The translations under genes and the position numbers were made by a program. DNA of 63,690 nucleotides, filler included, from Octopus bimaculoides (taxonomy: Eukaryota), in assembly GCF_001194135.2 (NCBI RefSeq). It is 4 parts of 3 records of this genome, joined end to end, with 100 filler letters (N's around TTAATTAATTAA, not from the genome) between each part and the next. Parts side by side here need not be neighbours in the genome. Positions count along the whole stretch, not along the records: positions 1 to 30,258 come from NC_068999.1; positions 30,359 to 35,074 come from NC_068987.1; positions 35,175 to 52,066 come from NC_069004.1; 1 more part is not named here. One strand, given 5' to 3'. Of this stretch, positions 26,685-38,891 are shown piece by piece. Every line of letters starts with the position of its first letter. The stretch's first letter is position 1. The notes under the pieces are model-generated. The model saw only the letters and a list, made by a program, of their open reading frames with translations, was not told where the DNA came from and searched no databases.

Positions 26685-26912
26685 TTAACCCTTTAGCATT
26701 CCAATTACTCTGTCAAATATAATGCTTATTTATTCACATTAAAAAAAATCAATTATGTATTATCTTGTAGCTTAGAGATTTCAAAGATGTAATTATTTAT
26801 TTTTAGAATGACATTGCAAAGTGGGTGTGAGATGCTCGATCTGGCCAGTTTGAGCATAAAACTGGTAGAATATTTGGGCCAGGTATGACCAGTTTAAATG
26901 GTAAAAGGTTAA
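26685..26912. mobile_element. piggyBac-type MITE with TTAA TSD
   Basis: TTAA (26685-88), CCCTTTAGCATT ... AATGGTAAAAGG, TTAA (26909-12). TIRs match 10/12. Confidence 0.8.
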
Positions 26913-28736
26913 GTAAATAGATGTTTAGAAACCCAATAGTGAAATTTTTCATCCATTGATTTACATGAATTCAAAACCCACCTTAATATGTTTTGGACAG
27001 AATACAGTTTTTCTTGCTTCAGATTGCCATTTAAAACAGAATAAATAGGTTTATTACTACTTTTAAGTGTTGTCAGAAGATTCAAGTTATTTTTACTGTT
27101 TAATTTGAGGAAAAGGTTGATATTTATTTTAAACTTTAGCAGGTTGATAACTTGTAAGAAAGGATTGCAAATGAAATGGATCTGATGAAATCAAATTCAA
27201 GTAGTTAGATAAATTGAAGTATGGGCTTTACACAGCCTGCAAATTCTTTCACCTCCAAGACAAAAGTCATACTTTTTGGTCAAAAGAACTTCAATCAGCT
27301 TTGCAGAATTCTTCTACCAATCATTCTCTACAGTTGTCTCCATAAGCAGTCCTCTTACAGAGAAAGCATCTACATCTGTATCCAACTTCACATCTTATAA
27401 GTTTGGCAAAACTCCATCAAAACTTTTGTTCTCCATTTCACCACATATGCACACTTGTCAAATACAAAAACACATCCAGGTAATGAAGGAGCTTACATGG
27501 TTGCTTCACCTGTTAGGCATGGTATTTACACCTATCCCAAATTACATCTTGTTTTAGAAAAGAAACACATACTGGATAATAAGGCCCCAAGTATCATGTG
27601 CCAAGGAAAGGGACAAGTGGTTTCAGCTGGAACACCTTTAATAATAGGTCTGCTTAATCACAGTTAACAAAGGTGGGGGGAGGAGTAGCTACCTCCAGTT
27701 ACTCTAAGTCCGTAAGTCTGCTAGTCCTGACAATATCTTTTCCAACACTCTTGAAAGAGTATATCCCAAAACTAGTCCCTATTCTCATTAAACTCTTTGT
27801 TTTCTTTCTCTCAGGAATTTATCCTGATCTTTGGAAACAGTACAATGTGCCCCCATCTCTTAGAAGAGAAATCTCTCTGACCCTGCCAACTGGTCTGTTA
27901 CTTCTTTCATTTCCAATATCTCATAAGACATGAAATCAACTGTTAGCAATCATCTTCTACTGGATTCCTTTCCCTCCTCAGAAATCACCAGTATGGCTTC
28001 TGCTAGACCTATATGAATAACTTAGCCTAATCTGGGTCCCAAAGACAAGCCCTCCTCTCAGAGTCACAAACAGATTTCAATCTCAGGCATCTGCTGACTC
28101 TGTACAAAGCTCAATTGAGACCCACAGTAGAATGTTGCTCCCACATCGTGAATAACGTACTTGCTACACACAAAACACTCCATGCAGGAAAGGCATTCAA
28201 CTGATTGGCAAGGACTATTCCTTCCATCATACATCAACCTATAGCATACAGAAGCACTATATCCTCATTCTGTCTATATCTCAGAATGAAGAAGTGGCAA
28301 ACCACTCCACCCAAAATTACTCATCTCTATTCCTCTAATATCCCATTCAGTACTTTCCAGGCCCCATCTTAGGTTGCCCATTAACTTTTTTCTCCATTCC
28401 TTTTCCTTAGGATATCAACCTTACAGAATTTACTTTTCACCAATATTTCCCCCCATAAATGTTGTATTGCAGCTGTTCTGCCTGAATATCAGCTGTATCA
28501 ATCTAACCAATTTTAGAGGGTATAAAAAGTAATGGGTTCTATCCTTTGAGTGAAGACTATAAAAACAGAAAGCTTTTTGCCACAAATACAATGAAATGCC
28601 TAATATCTCACAAGAAACCCAATTTTCCTTAATAAGAGAATAACATTTTCCTTCAAAACCACAGATCTAACTTTCATTCACTAATGTAGAATGTCAATGT
28701 TACTTTATAAATTTCATAGCATAATGTAATACTCAC

Positions 28737-28962
28737 AACAAGATTATTAGTATCCCAAATCTTTAATAATCTGTCTGTGCCACTGGTAATGAACATCCCT
28801 GTATCAAGTGGATACCACTGGACAGTTTCAATACTGCAGCGATGCCTGTCATTGTTTGACAGACCTACACTGGCAACAATATTGCATGAATATTTCACAT
28901 CTTTTGTGCCATTGTACAGATCATAAACAAAGATCATTCCATTTGAGCCACCAGACAAAAGG
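28737..28962 (-). CDS. ERCC8: ERCC8 internal exon (226 nt)
   Basis: TTTTCAG acceptor and GTGAGT donor, phases 2/0. Translates LLSGGSNGMIFVYDL..HRCSIETVQWYPLDTGMFITSGTDRLLKIWDTNNL. Confidence 0.93.
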
Positions 28963-29349
28963 CTGAAAATAAAAATGTTTTAGATTTTTATTGTAAAATA
29001 TATTTCTAAAAATTCACACCTTCAGTTCTTAGATATTAGTACTAATAAATGCACATAACAGTACTCATGCTCTGTTTTTCTTTTCACCCCAATTTTTTTC
29101 CTGTTTGCTTATGAGTTCATTGCAGTTTCTATTTCAACAATGTCTCTAAAGTTGTTGCATTGAAATCAATACTTACGTGTCTGTGTTTATGTGAGTGTGT
29201 TTATGTCTTTATGTACACATATCTGTTTATACAGGATGCAATGAATATATTGTTAAATTATGCAAAAATGAAAATGACACTGACATCTCATTTTAACAGA
29301 TATATTTACCATAATTACATAAAAATATCTTTAAATATTAAAGAGTAAA

Positions 29350-29620
29350 TTTATTCAATAAAATCACAATTGGCTTCAACTACGGCCTCCAGATGACTCT
29401 GGAATCTCCTGCAACTCTTCTGAACAGTCTCCTTGTTTAAGTTGGTGAATGCTGCCATAATCCTTGCCTTCAGTTCATCTTTGGTGTTACAAGGAGTTTT
29501 GCTGGTCTCTTGCTTAACTTTACTCCACATACAATAATCAAGGGGGCTGCAGTCTGGGGAATTAAGCGACCAGATGTTAGGGGTGATGTGGTCACAGAAA
29601 TTGTCTGACAGCCTGACTGG
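29350..29620 (-). mobile_element. Tc1/mariner-superfamily transposase C-terminal fragment
   Basis: NFCDHITPNIWSLNSPDCSPLDYCMWSKVKQETSKTPCNTKDELKARI..CRRFQSHLEAVVEAN (WPPNSPDLNPLD-type motif). Confidence 0.8.
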
Positions 29621-29879
29621 GGCTTATTAGCTATATATATATTGCTATGTTGATTATTGATACAAGTATCGTATCTAAATTATTTACATCAATGTTGCTG
29701 GTTGTATTATTAGATATGCAATTGATATTGTTTGAGCTAGCAAGATTTATCTCATCAACTAATGTTAACAGTTGAAGTATTAATATGTTCATTAACATGT
29801 GCATGATTATTGGTTGTGTTGGTGTTATTAATAGTTTGGTAGTTATTTGTATTGTTATCAATAATAAGACAATTTCTAT

Positions 29880-30258
29880 TTTCAAGGGTCCTAGCTAGTT
29901 TAATGTTTTTTTCTATTTAACTTATTGATAATAGATCCTATATTGGGGAGAGTGGAGTATGAGATACGGATTGTGTGTTGAGAGAAGATTTTATAATATC
30001 TATGGTTATGGTCGAAATTTTTTTGTAAGATATCCATAAACTTCTTATAGATGTTCGTAGATACTGCATAGTTGTAAGGGATGTTAAGCTATATGGAATT
30101 TTTTCTTTTAGATTTGTAATATGAAGGGGGTTTGTGGTTATCATAAGTATTTCGGGTTATATTATTGTTTCTATTATCATTGGTAGTTATCTTATTATGA
30201 TCTATTTTGTTATGTAAAATAATTTTCCTATTTTTATTTTTATGGTCCTTATTATAAT
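29880..30258 (-). mobile_element. Penelope-like element RT-to-EN linker fragment
   Basis: VSTNIYKKFMDILQKNFDHNHRYYKIFSQHTIRISYSTLPNIGSII resembles the PLE motif VxTNIGxxFLxLI..F...H...IF....VKxSYSxxPN. Confidence 0.65.
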
Positions 30259-30358
30259 NNNNNNNNNNNNNNNNNNNNNNNNNNNNNNNNNNNNNNNNNN
30301 NNTTAATTAATTAANNNNNNNNNNNNNNNNNNNNNNNNNNNNNNNNNNNNNNNNNNNN
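30259..30358. other. artificial scaffold join: 44 N + TTAATTAATTAA + 44 N (also at 35075-35174 and 52067-52166)
   Basis: Identical 100-bp structure at three sites. The 12-mer is palindromic and has stops in all six frames. Confidence 0.95.
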
Positions 30359-30476
30359 ATCATTGAGCAATTTTGAGAGCGGTATTAGGGCTAGACAGAA
30401 GAGGAGTGGTGATAGTGAGTCACCCTGGAAAATGCCACGAAATTCTTACATCTCCAGCATTTAGAAATTCATTGTC

Positions 30477-30478
<2 letters not shown>
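30359..30478 (-). mobile_element. R4/Dong-like LINE RT fragment
   Basis: GIFQGDSLSPLLFCLALIPLSKLLN. Confidence 0.8.
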
Positions 30479-30546
<68 letters not shown>

Positions 30547-31112
30547 GAGTGAGAGAGCCGTGCATGCAATCAAAGTTACACTAGGATAAAATATAGAAGC
30601 CCAGTATATCCAACATGACTACTCGTTCGATAAGGGGACACGAGGCACAGGCATCACAACCATATGTGCGCGACATGATGCTCTCGTATCAAGATAAACA
30701 GTGCATAATCATGCATGTGTGGCCCAGTTAGAATTTTTTCTTCAGGTTGAGTAGCCCATCACGCTCTATAGGTCCCTGAATAAGTGTTGTTTAAGGATGT
30801 TGAACGAAACACCAACGTTTCCAGAGGTGAGTTACTAAAACCCCAAAGAATTCCTCTCAACACATGGTGATGATGCTCCCCCTCTACTTCTCCTCGTGAT
30901 CAGAATTGCACATATCGTCAGCCATGAAGAGACATGCTCAAATGGTTAAGGTCAATCAACTGACAAGCAAATCTGTGGCATTGAGTAGAATATTTGTTGT
31001 AGCCCATTTTTTGTAACAAAACATGTACATGATAACATTTCCAATCAGTAAAATCAGAAGCTATGAGAGACACTGCTTGGTACTGCATCCGAGCGTTTGT
31101 TTAGTTATCCAC

Positions 31113-31159
<47 letters not shown>

Positions 31160-31342
31160 GTTATTATTATTTACTTTTAATCTGCATGTTTGTTACAATC
31201 ACTTTCCGAGACAGACTCAGTGTCTTAGGGTGTGTGAAGGGTAAGAGACGTTTCAGTATGACTGAACGCTTGGTGGCGGCAAGTGGCAGAGGCAGGGGCA
31301 GGGGCAGTAGCAAAATACCTTCATGTAATACAGCACAGACAT

Positions 31343-31995
31343 TTAAATGGGTAGGGTTTTTCTAAAGATATGGGCCGTACTTATCAGCACAATCTTTAGG
31401 AATTCTCTAAGACATCGTTCTACTGGAATATTATCTAGATGTTTCTGACATCTCTTTTTCATCATACCGAGGGCACCTACAATAATAGGAACAGTTCTCG
31501 CTTTAAGATGCCACATCTTTTGTATTTCAATTTCCAGGTCCTTTAATTTATTCAATTTGTCAAATTCCTTTACAGACATATTTCTATGAGTGGGAACACT
31601 TACATCTATTGGTCTACAAGAATTTTCTTCCCTGTCTTTAATAAGTATGTCAGGTCGATTAGCCTGTTAGTGTTGACTGGAAAATCCCAGAAGATATTTA
31701 CATTTTTACCTTCAACGATTGGTTCAGGATGATGTTCATCTCAGTTAGCAGGAGTGCTAATATTCTAGTGTTTGCATATTTTCCAAATGTAAATACTATT
31801 TTACCCTATAGTAGCGATTTTTGTATTTGTTTGGTGTCAGCACAGGATATCCCGGGATGAGAATGTCTATTATTTCGTCAAATGTGCAGAATCTGCATTT
31901 TTGAAGAACGTCAGCCTGGTAGTGTGGTAAGCAAGCTTTGATCTTGTGCCGCCAATATGAAACCTTCAGTCTCTGCTTTCAGTCCTGAATTTCAC
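31343..31995 (-). mobile_element. R4/Dong-like LINE C-terminus (Zn knuckle + restriction-like endonuclease)
   Basis: GLKAETEGFILAAQDQSL, CRFC, IFWDFPV, PDILIKD, IDVSVP..N..VKEFDKLNKLKDLEIEIQKMW..VPIIVGALG..KIVLISTAHIFRKTL. Confidence 0.85.
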
Positions 31996-32023
31996 AGCCA
32001 CTGATGGGTTGTTGCTTGGTCTA

Positions 32024-32024
<1 letters not shown>

Positions 32025-32063
<39 letters not shown>

Positions 32064-32142
32064 GTTATTGTTATTATTATTATTATCATTATTATTATTA
32101 TTATCATCATCATTATTATTATTATCATCATCATTATTATCA

Positions 32143-32197
<55 letters not shown>
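32025..32197. repeat. (ATT)n/(ATC)n microsatellite
   Basis: Direct reading. Similar tracts at 30478-30546, 31105-31170, 46845-46888, 51543-51605 and 58200-58266. Confidence 0.95.
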
Positions 32198-32199
<2 letters not shown>

Positions 32200-32460
32200 T
32201 TGCTGCGGAGTACATCGGACGTGTTTTCGAACGTTTTAAGTATATTCTTTTGAAAACATTTGTTTTACACCCGTTTGGTGCTGATTTTCCGGTTTACATT
32301 TTGTTCCAAATTGTTAATAGAAACACCAGGAACCTGTCATTGGGTTTCAATGTTTGTTTGGCCTCTTGAGGAGGCTACATTCGCACCCTCTCAATAAGTT
32401 CGGAGGGCGTTTAATCATATATAATTCAACAAGATGGCGGAGCCCGTTTTGTAAGAGTTG
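32198..32460. promoter_or_regulatory. candidate promoter / first exon (YY1-type CAAGATGGCGG; ATG at 32434; TT|GTAAGA donor)
   Basis: Unique CpG-containing island between microsatellites. The AAGATGGCGG motif overlaps ATG GCG GAG CCC GTT TT, followed by GTAAGA. Confidence 0.35.
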
Positions 32461-32479
32461 AGTAAAAAATAACTATACC

Positions 32480-32480
32480 T

Positions 32481-32533
<53 letters not shown>
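32480..32533 (+). repeat. (CAG)n tract
   Basis: Uninterrupted CAG run, read directly. Confidence 0.95.
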
Positions 32534-32535
<2 letters not shown>

Positions 32536-33149
32536 GGCATTGATACTAGCAGCAGAGACAATGCTACGGATTTTAGCGGAAAAAATAATGCTACAGTTGA
32601 AAGCAGAGTGGAAGGAAATAGTGGCAACAGTAGTAGTGAGAGCAGCAAGAGTGGAAGTGGCTACAACTTCACCACCACCAACAACAACAACAACAACAGC
32701 AGCAGCAGCAATAACAAAAGCAACAGCAAGAACAAAAGGTCTGCTAATGTAGCAAACACAGAGAATATATACAAAAGAAATTAAAAAAGGAAAATACGCA
32801 CAATTTACATAGTTTTAATATAATTTTTGATATATCGACCGGTTTTCCTTTCGCTATTCATAATATTTAGGTTTACTTATTTGAATATGTATTTTCTTAA
32901 TAAATGTTTGTCCATGTTGTGTGTGATGATATTTACGAGTGAATGACTTCACAAGTAGAAAAATGAGGGGAGGTAATTGGTTATCGTTATTATTGCTATT
33001 GCTGTGGGCAAGGGAGATAACTATTCAAATTTCGGTAAGGGGATGGGAATATATATATATATATATATACACAAAGCAAGTTTCGAAAAACTTGTTTAGT
33101 GAGGGGAGTTATGCAAAGTGATGTAATCGTGAATTGAAATATGTAAAAA

Positions 33150-33430
33150 GATAAAAGTTGGTTATGCGTGCATATTAAGACGTGTTCTGTATTTTTCGAT
33201 GAAAAAAGTTTATTTAAACATTTTTATGGAGAAATTGTGTCTTGGCACTTGTAGAAGGGGAAGACTGAAATTTGGTTTGATGTTATCTGCACATTTTTCG
33301 ATATGTTCACTGAGAGGAATTTGCCTGTATTGCGGGCAACGGATTTGCTCTTTATGTGGAATGGTCTCCGACTCAAGGTCATGCTTGTCTATCCAATATA
33401 GTTGTGTCCACAAACCGATCTGGTCATTAC
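33150..33430 (-). mobile_element. Penelope-like GIY-YIG endonuclease C-terminal fragment
   Basis: HKEQIRCPQYRQIPLSEHIEKCADNIKPNF resembles the PLE motif R..EH..I.......++H...C. Confidence 0.6.
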
Positions 33431-33794
33431 ATAAATTAGGTTCTCAGAGACACAAGTGAAACTAGTTATCCACCCTCACTTATAGACGTGGGAATTAAAC
33501 GTGCCAAAAAATTAGACATAAAAACACTAAGAACAACAAAACATAACACCACACCTCATCTCAAAATACTACTGTTTATATCAACACACAACCCCAGAAA
33601 CAGTGAGGCATTCAACACTATTGTGCAAAATCTCCCTTTACTAACTAGAGATCCCAAAATGAACGACATCCTGAAAACGCACAAATTCATCAAATGCAAA
33701 AAGCAACACAAATCTCTAAAGAGACTGCTAACAAATACGAAGCTATACAACCACGAAACCAACGGTTAAAAAGTGCAGACGCCCAAACTGTGGA
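33431..33794 (+). mobile_element. Penelope-like RT thumb/linker fragment
   Basis: GIKRAKKLDIKTLR..FISTHNPRN..IVQNLPLLTRDPKMNDILK..KQHKSLKRLLT (xxNPxx..L..D..+.....xxxNLRxxL-type motif). Confidence 0.7.
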
Positions 33795-34799
33795 NNNNNN
33801 NNNNNNNNNNNNNNNNNNNNNNNNNNNNNNNNNNNNNNNNNNNNNNNNNNNNNNNNNNNNNNNNNNNNNNNNNNNNNNNNNNNNNNNNNNNNNNNNNNNN
33901 NNNNNNNNNNNNNNNNNNNNNNNNNNNNNNNNNNNNNNNNNNNNNNNNNNNNNNNNNNNNNNNNNNNNNNNNNNNNNNNNNNNNNNNNNNNNNNNNNNNN
34001 NNNNNNNNNNNNNNNNNNNNNNNNNNNNNNNNNNNNNNNNNNNNNNNNNNNNNNNNNNNNNNNNNNNNNNNNNNNNNNNNNNNNNNNNNNNNNNNNNNNN
34101 NNNNNNNNNNNNNNNTATATATATATATATTCCCCTCCCCTTACATATATAACATTCTATTCACTTACACTTAGCGACATATGTTTAAATCCGTAACGTG
34201 TAAGCGTACACATATATATGTATGTTCAAATACATGTTCACTTGCATATACATACAGTTCATTTCTATCTCTTCAGCAAGACAAACATATAAACCAACGA
34301 GGGATTCGAGAAAAGAGAAAGAGAGAGCGAGCGAGAGAGAACGAGAGCGAGAGAGAGAGAAAGAGAGAGGTGGGAAGAGAGATAAAGAAAGAGCGAAGGA
34401 CAAAAACCATAAAATAATTTAATATCTGAGATACTAATCAGTTTCGTTTAAAATATTTCAATGATTTCTTAGTTAATTTATATATCTGGAACTGGTGTGT
34501 ATGCTAAGTCATATGTGTCCGTGGTTATTAGGCAATAAGGAGTTAAAGCGAATCCCCTCGTTTATTCTGCTCTTGGATATACACTCAGTAAATTATTCAA
34601 GTGTATATAATACCAAAAGAGAATCGGGGAAAATTATGTTTAATACTTGAGTGGATGATGGATATACACACTTTTACAAGGAGTTATAAGCATTGGTTTA
34701 CAGTTACGCTATATCATTCGAAATAGCAATTTTCCCATACATACATACATACATCCACACATACATACATGCATGCATGCATACATACATACACATATA

Positions 34800-34990
34800 T
34801 GTACTGGGGCACTGGAATATGTAACACATTGCCTAAGTATACCTAAATACCTATCTTGAGAAATTAGGCTTCTCAAAACCAGAAAGGAGAAAGCTGATTC
34901 GAAGACAACAGATCCAATCCTTCACTGGAACTATAAAAATATGTAAAAATTTCAAGGTTATTATTTAAGTGTATATGAGCGTGTCTAGAG
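34800..34990 (+). mobile_element. 3' end of a REL-endonuclease LINE
   Basis: LNTYLEKLGFSKPERRKLIRRQQIQSFTGTIKICKNF, a typical C-terminal helix of these elements. Confidence 0.55.
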
Positions 34991-35453
34991 ATGTAACTAT
35001 ATACATGAGGATACATACATAAGGCAAAACATAAATCTGCACATATTCACACACACACACACACACACACACACNNNNNNNNNNNNNNNNNNNNNNNNNN
35101 NNNNNNNNNNNNNNNNNNTTAATTAATTAANNNNNNNNNNNNNNNNNNNNNNNNNNNNNNNNNNNNNNNNNNNNAGTGGGGGAAGGGGTGAGTGGGGGAA
35201 GGGTGGAGGGGGAGGAACTTTCTATCAAAACAATGAACAAGAATATACACACATATACACATACTTGTACAGATGTACATTATATAACAGATTACATATT
35301 CATTCACACACACACAAATCATATAACATACATACGCACACACATACACACACTGACATACAATCACATAGCATAAACTGCATACAAGAAAGTGGATATG
35401 CACAAACACACGCATTTCATTACCAACATACATATACATATATATACATATAT

Positions 35454-35492
<39 letters not shown>

Positions 35493-38400
35493 TATATACA
35501 TACGTATATGTACATACATCTATACGTATATATATATATATATATATATATATATNNNNNNNNNNNNNNNNNNNNNNNNNNNNNNNNNNNNNNNNNNNNN
35601 NNNNNNNNNNNNNNNNNNNNNNNNNNNNNNNNNNNNNNNNNNNNNNNNNNNNNNNNNNNNNNNNNNNNNNNNNNNNNNNNNNNNNNNNNNNNNNNNNNNN
35701 NNNNNNNNNNNNNNNNNNNNNNNNNNNNNNNNNNNNNNNNNNNNNNNNNNNNNNNNNNNNNNNNNNNNNNNNNNNNNNNNNNNNNNNNNNNNNNNNNNNN
35801 NNNNNNNNNNNNNNNNNNNNNNNNNNNNNNNNNNNNNNNNNNNNNNNNNNNNNNNNNNNNNNNNNNNNNNNNNNNNNNNNNNNNNNNNNNNNNNNNNNNN
35901 NNNNNNNNNNNNNNNNNNNNNNNNNNNNNNNNNNNNNNNNNNNNNNNNNNNNNNNNNNNNNNNNNNNNNNNNNNNNNNNNNNNNNNNNNNNNNNNNNNNN
36001 NNNNNNNNNNNNNNNNNNNNNNNNNNNNNNNNNNNNNNNNNNNNNNNNNNNNNNNNNNNNNNNNNNNNNNNNNNNNNNNNNNNNNNNNNNNNNNNNNNNN
36101 NNNNNNNNNNNNNNNNNNNNNNNNNNNNNNNNNNNNNNNNNNNNNNNNNNNNNNNNNNNNNNNNNNNNNNNNNNNNNNNNNNNNNATTATTAATCTTTTA
36201 GTTTGTTTGTCAAAGCTCTTTCGTCATACATCCTGTAACCTTATCAGCAAATAGATAAACATATATGCATACATATCTGTATCTATGCGTGTATGTATGT
36301 ATGTGTGTATGTTATGCATGTATGTATGCATGTATGTATGTGTGTATGTATGTGTGTACGTATGTATGTATGTATGTATGTATGTATGTCTGTATGTACG
36401 TTTGTAGGTATGTATGTATGTATGTATTTATGCATGTATGTATGTATGCATGTATGTATGCATGTATGTATGTATGTGTGTATGTATGTATGTATGTATG
36501 TATGTATGTATGTATGTATGTATGTATAAATGTTTCTCTCTGTTGCTCTACTGATTCTAGCAATCCACCATTCTTGGAGAGAAAAATTATAGATACAGGA
36601 TTATATTTTTGAAATAAAACGAATTTGTTGTTGTTATTGATGTTGTTTTTGTTGTTGATGTTGTTGTCGTTGTTGTTGATGTTGTTGTTGTTGCGACCCA
36701 GCGAAAAACATTGAGGAGTTGCTTGGATTAGAACCACACAGATTGTGTAAAGAAAATCTTTGTGTTTAGAGTACGTATATGAGTACATGTGTGTGCGGTT
36801 GTGAGTACGGGTGTATATGTGTGTGTCTGTGTGTCTGTGTGTCTGTATGTGTGTGTGTGAGTATGTGAGTATATGTGTGGCTGTGTGTGTAAGTACGTAT
36901 ATGCGTGTGTGTAAATGTGTATGTGGTTGTGCGTGTGTGAGTACATTGTGTGTAGGTTACTGCGTATGTGTGTTTGTGTGTGTGTGTGTATATGTGTGGT
37001 TGTGTGTACGAGTACGTGTATGTGTGTGAAGGGGAGTGTCTGTATGTGTGTGTATGTGGTTGCATGTTTGTGTGTCTGTGAGAACGCGAGCGTGTGTGGT
37101 TGTATGTACACGTATTTACGAAAGTGTAAGTACGTGTGTGTGAGATAGAGAGAGAGAGAGAGACAGAGAGAGAGGGAGAGAGAGAGACAGAGACAGAGAG
37201 AGAGAGAGAGAGAAAGAGAAAGAGAGAATGTAGAAGTACATTTTAGTGTGCGTGGAGGTGTGTCTGTGTATGTATAAGAACGTTTGTATGAGAATGTACG
37301 CTTGTAAGTATGCGTGTGTGTGTGTGTGGGAGAGAGAGAGAGAGAGAGAGAGGTCATGTCTGCGCGTGTACGAGTGTTGTACGTGGATGCATGTGTGTAT
37401 CTTTGTTCGTGTGTCCGTCTACGTGTGAGTGAGTGATTGCTGTATGTGTTTCGCATGTTTATATTTTATGAATATACATGCGTGTGTGTGTGTGCGTGAG
37501 CATGTGAGTGCATGTATGTGCATATGCATATATCTGTACGTATTGTATGCATATTTGTGCATATTTGAACATAGAAAATATTCATATATATATGTGTGTG
37601 AGCATAAAAATATGTGTGGGTATCATATGTGTATATATAGACAGAGAAAGGGCCCTNNNNNNNNNNNNNNNNNNNNNNNNNNNNNNNNNNNNNNNNNNNN
37701 NNNNNNNNNNNNNNNNNNNNNNNNNNNNNNNNNNNNNNNNNNNNNNNNNNNNNNNNNNNNNNNNNNNNNNNNNNNNNNNNNNNNNNNNNNNNNNNNNNNN
37801 NNNNNNNNNNNNNNNNNNNNNNNNNNNNNNNNNNNNNNNNNNNNNNNNNNNNNNNNNNNNNNNNNNNNNNNNNNNNNNNNNNNNNNNNNNNNNNNNNNNN
37901 NNNNNNNNNNNNNNNNNNNNNNNNNNNNNNNNNNNNNNNNNNNNNNNNNNNNNNNNNNNNNNNNNNNNNNNNNNNNNNNNNNNNNNNNNNNNNNNNNNNN
38001 NNNNNNNNNNNNNNNNNNNNNNNNNNNNNNNNNNNNNNNNNNNNNNNNNNNNNNNNNNNNNNNCAGCCTGAAGAAGACAATACATATGCATACGCACGCA
38101 CTCGCACAAATACACACACACACACATACACATACACACGCACACATTGATAGCTGACATGCGTACCAGTTCGAGAAAGAGAAACAAACACGCGTGCGTA
38201 TACGTACGTATATGTGTGCGTACATACATCTACACCTACCTACCTACATACATACATACATACATACATACATACATACATGTACCTACGTATGTATGTG
38301 TATATGTATGTATGTATTATAGTGTTTATGTTCTGTACTATTGTCTTGTACGATTGTGCTTACAGTTTGTAGTAACATATTATGGTGATAGAAGATCTCG

Positions 38401-38838
38401 TGCTCTGCTGAATGAATTGAATGGCAGTACAAGCTGTGGTGCTGAGTGGTGTATGGTGTGGTGTATGCTGTAGTTCGGTGCAGTTTGGTGCAGTGGGGGT
38501 AAGATGCGATGTGCCTTGTGTTGTGGTATGGGACATATTCGTTTATATATGTAAATATATACAGGCATACATACACACAACAGTTGGTGATCATGTTTGA
38601 AATAACTGTTAAGTGTTCGATGGGAAACAAAAATCTGCCCACGACCACCACCACTCTAACCTGCCGTCTCAATCTATACTCCCACCCACTCTCCCACTCA
38701 CTCACTCACGCACACCAGTCATTACGAAAGGGAAACCATGGACCAATCAACAGAGCCTCTGTTCCATGTTGCTAGAAATAACAGTCACATCTTCCATTAA
38801 AGCATACCCTAACGGTTTTAGTAAAACAAATAATGATG

Positions 38839-38891
<53 letters not shown>

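Noticed and set aside
27250-28400. LHYLDVFL on the minus strand as a DIRS-type RT motif
   Set aside because: No other RT motifs found in frame, so the region is left unclassified.
30303-30314. Palindromic TTAATTAATTAA as a biological motif
   Set aside because: Always centred in exactly 88 N, so it is an assembly pad.
32004-32369. Poly-Ile/Tyr/Leu ORFs
   Set aside because: Reading frames of the (ATT)n tract.
32480-32752. (CAG)n/(CAA)n as a polyglutamine exon
   Set aside because: No supported splice sites or domain context, and flanking frames close quickly.
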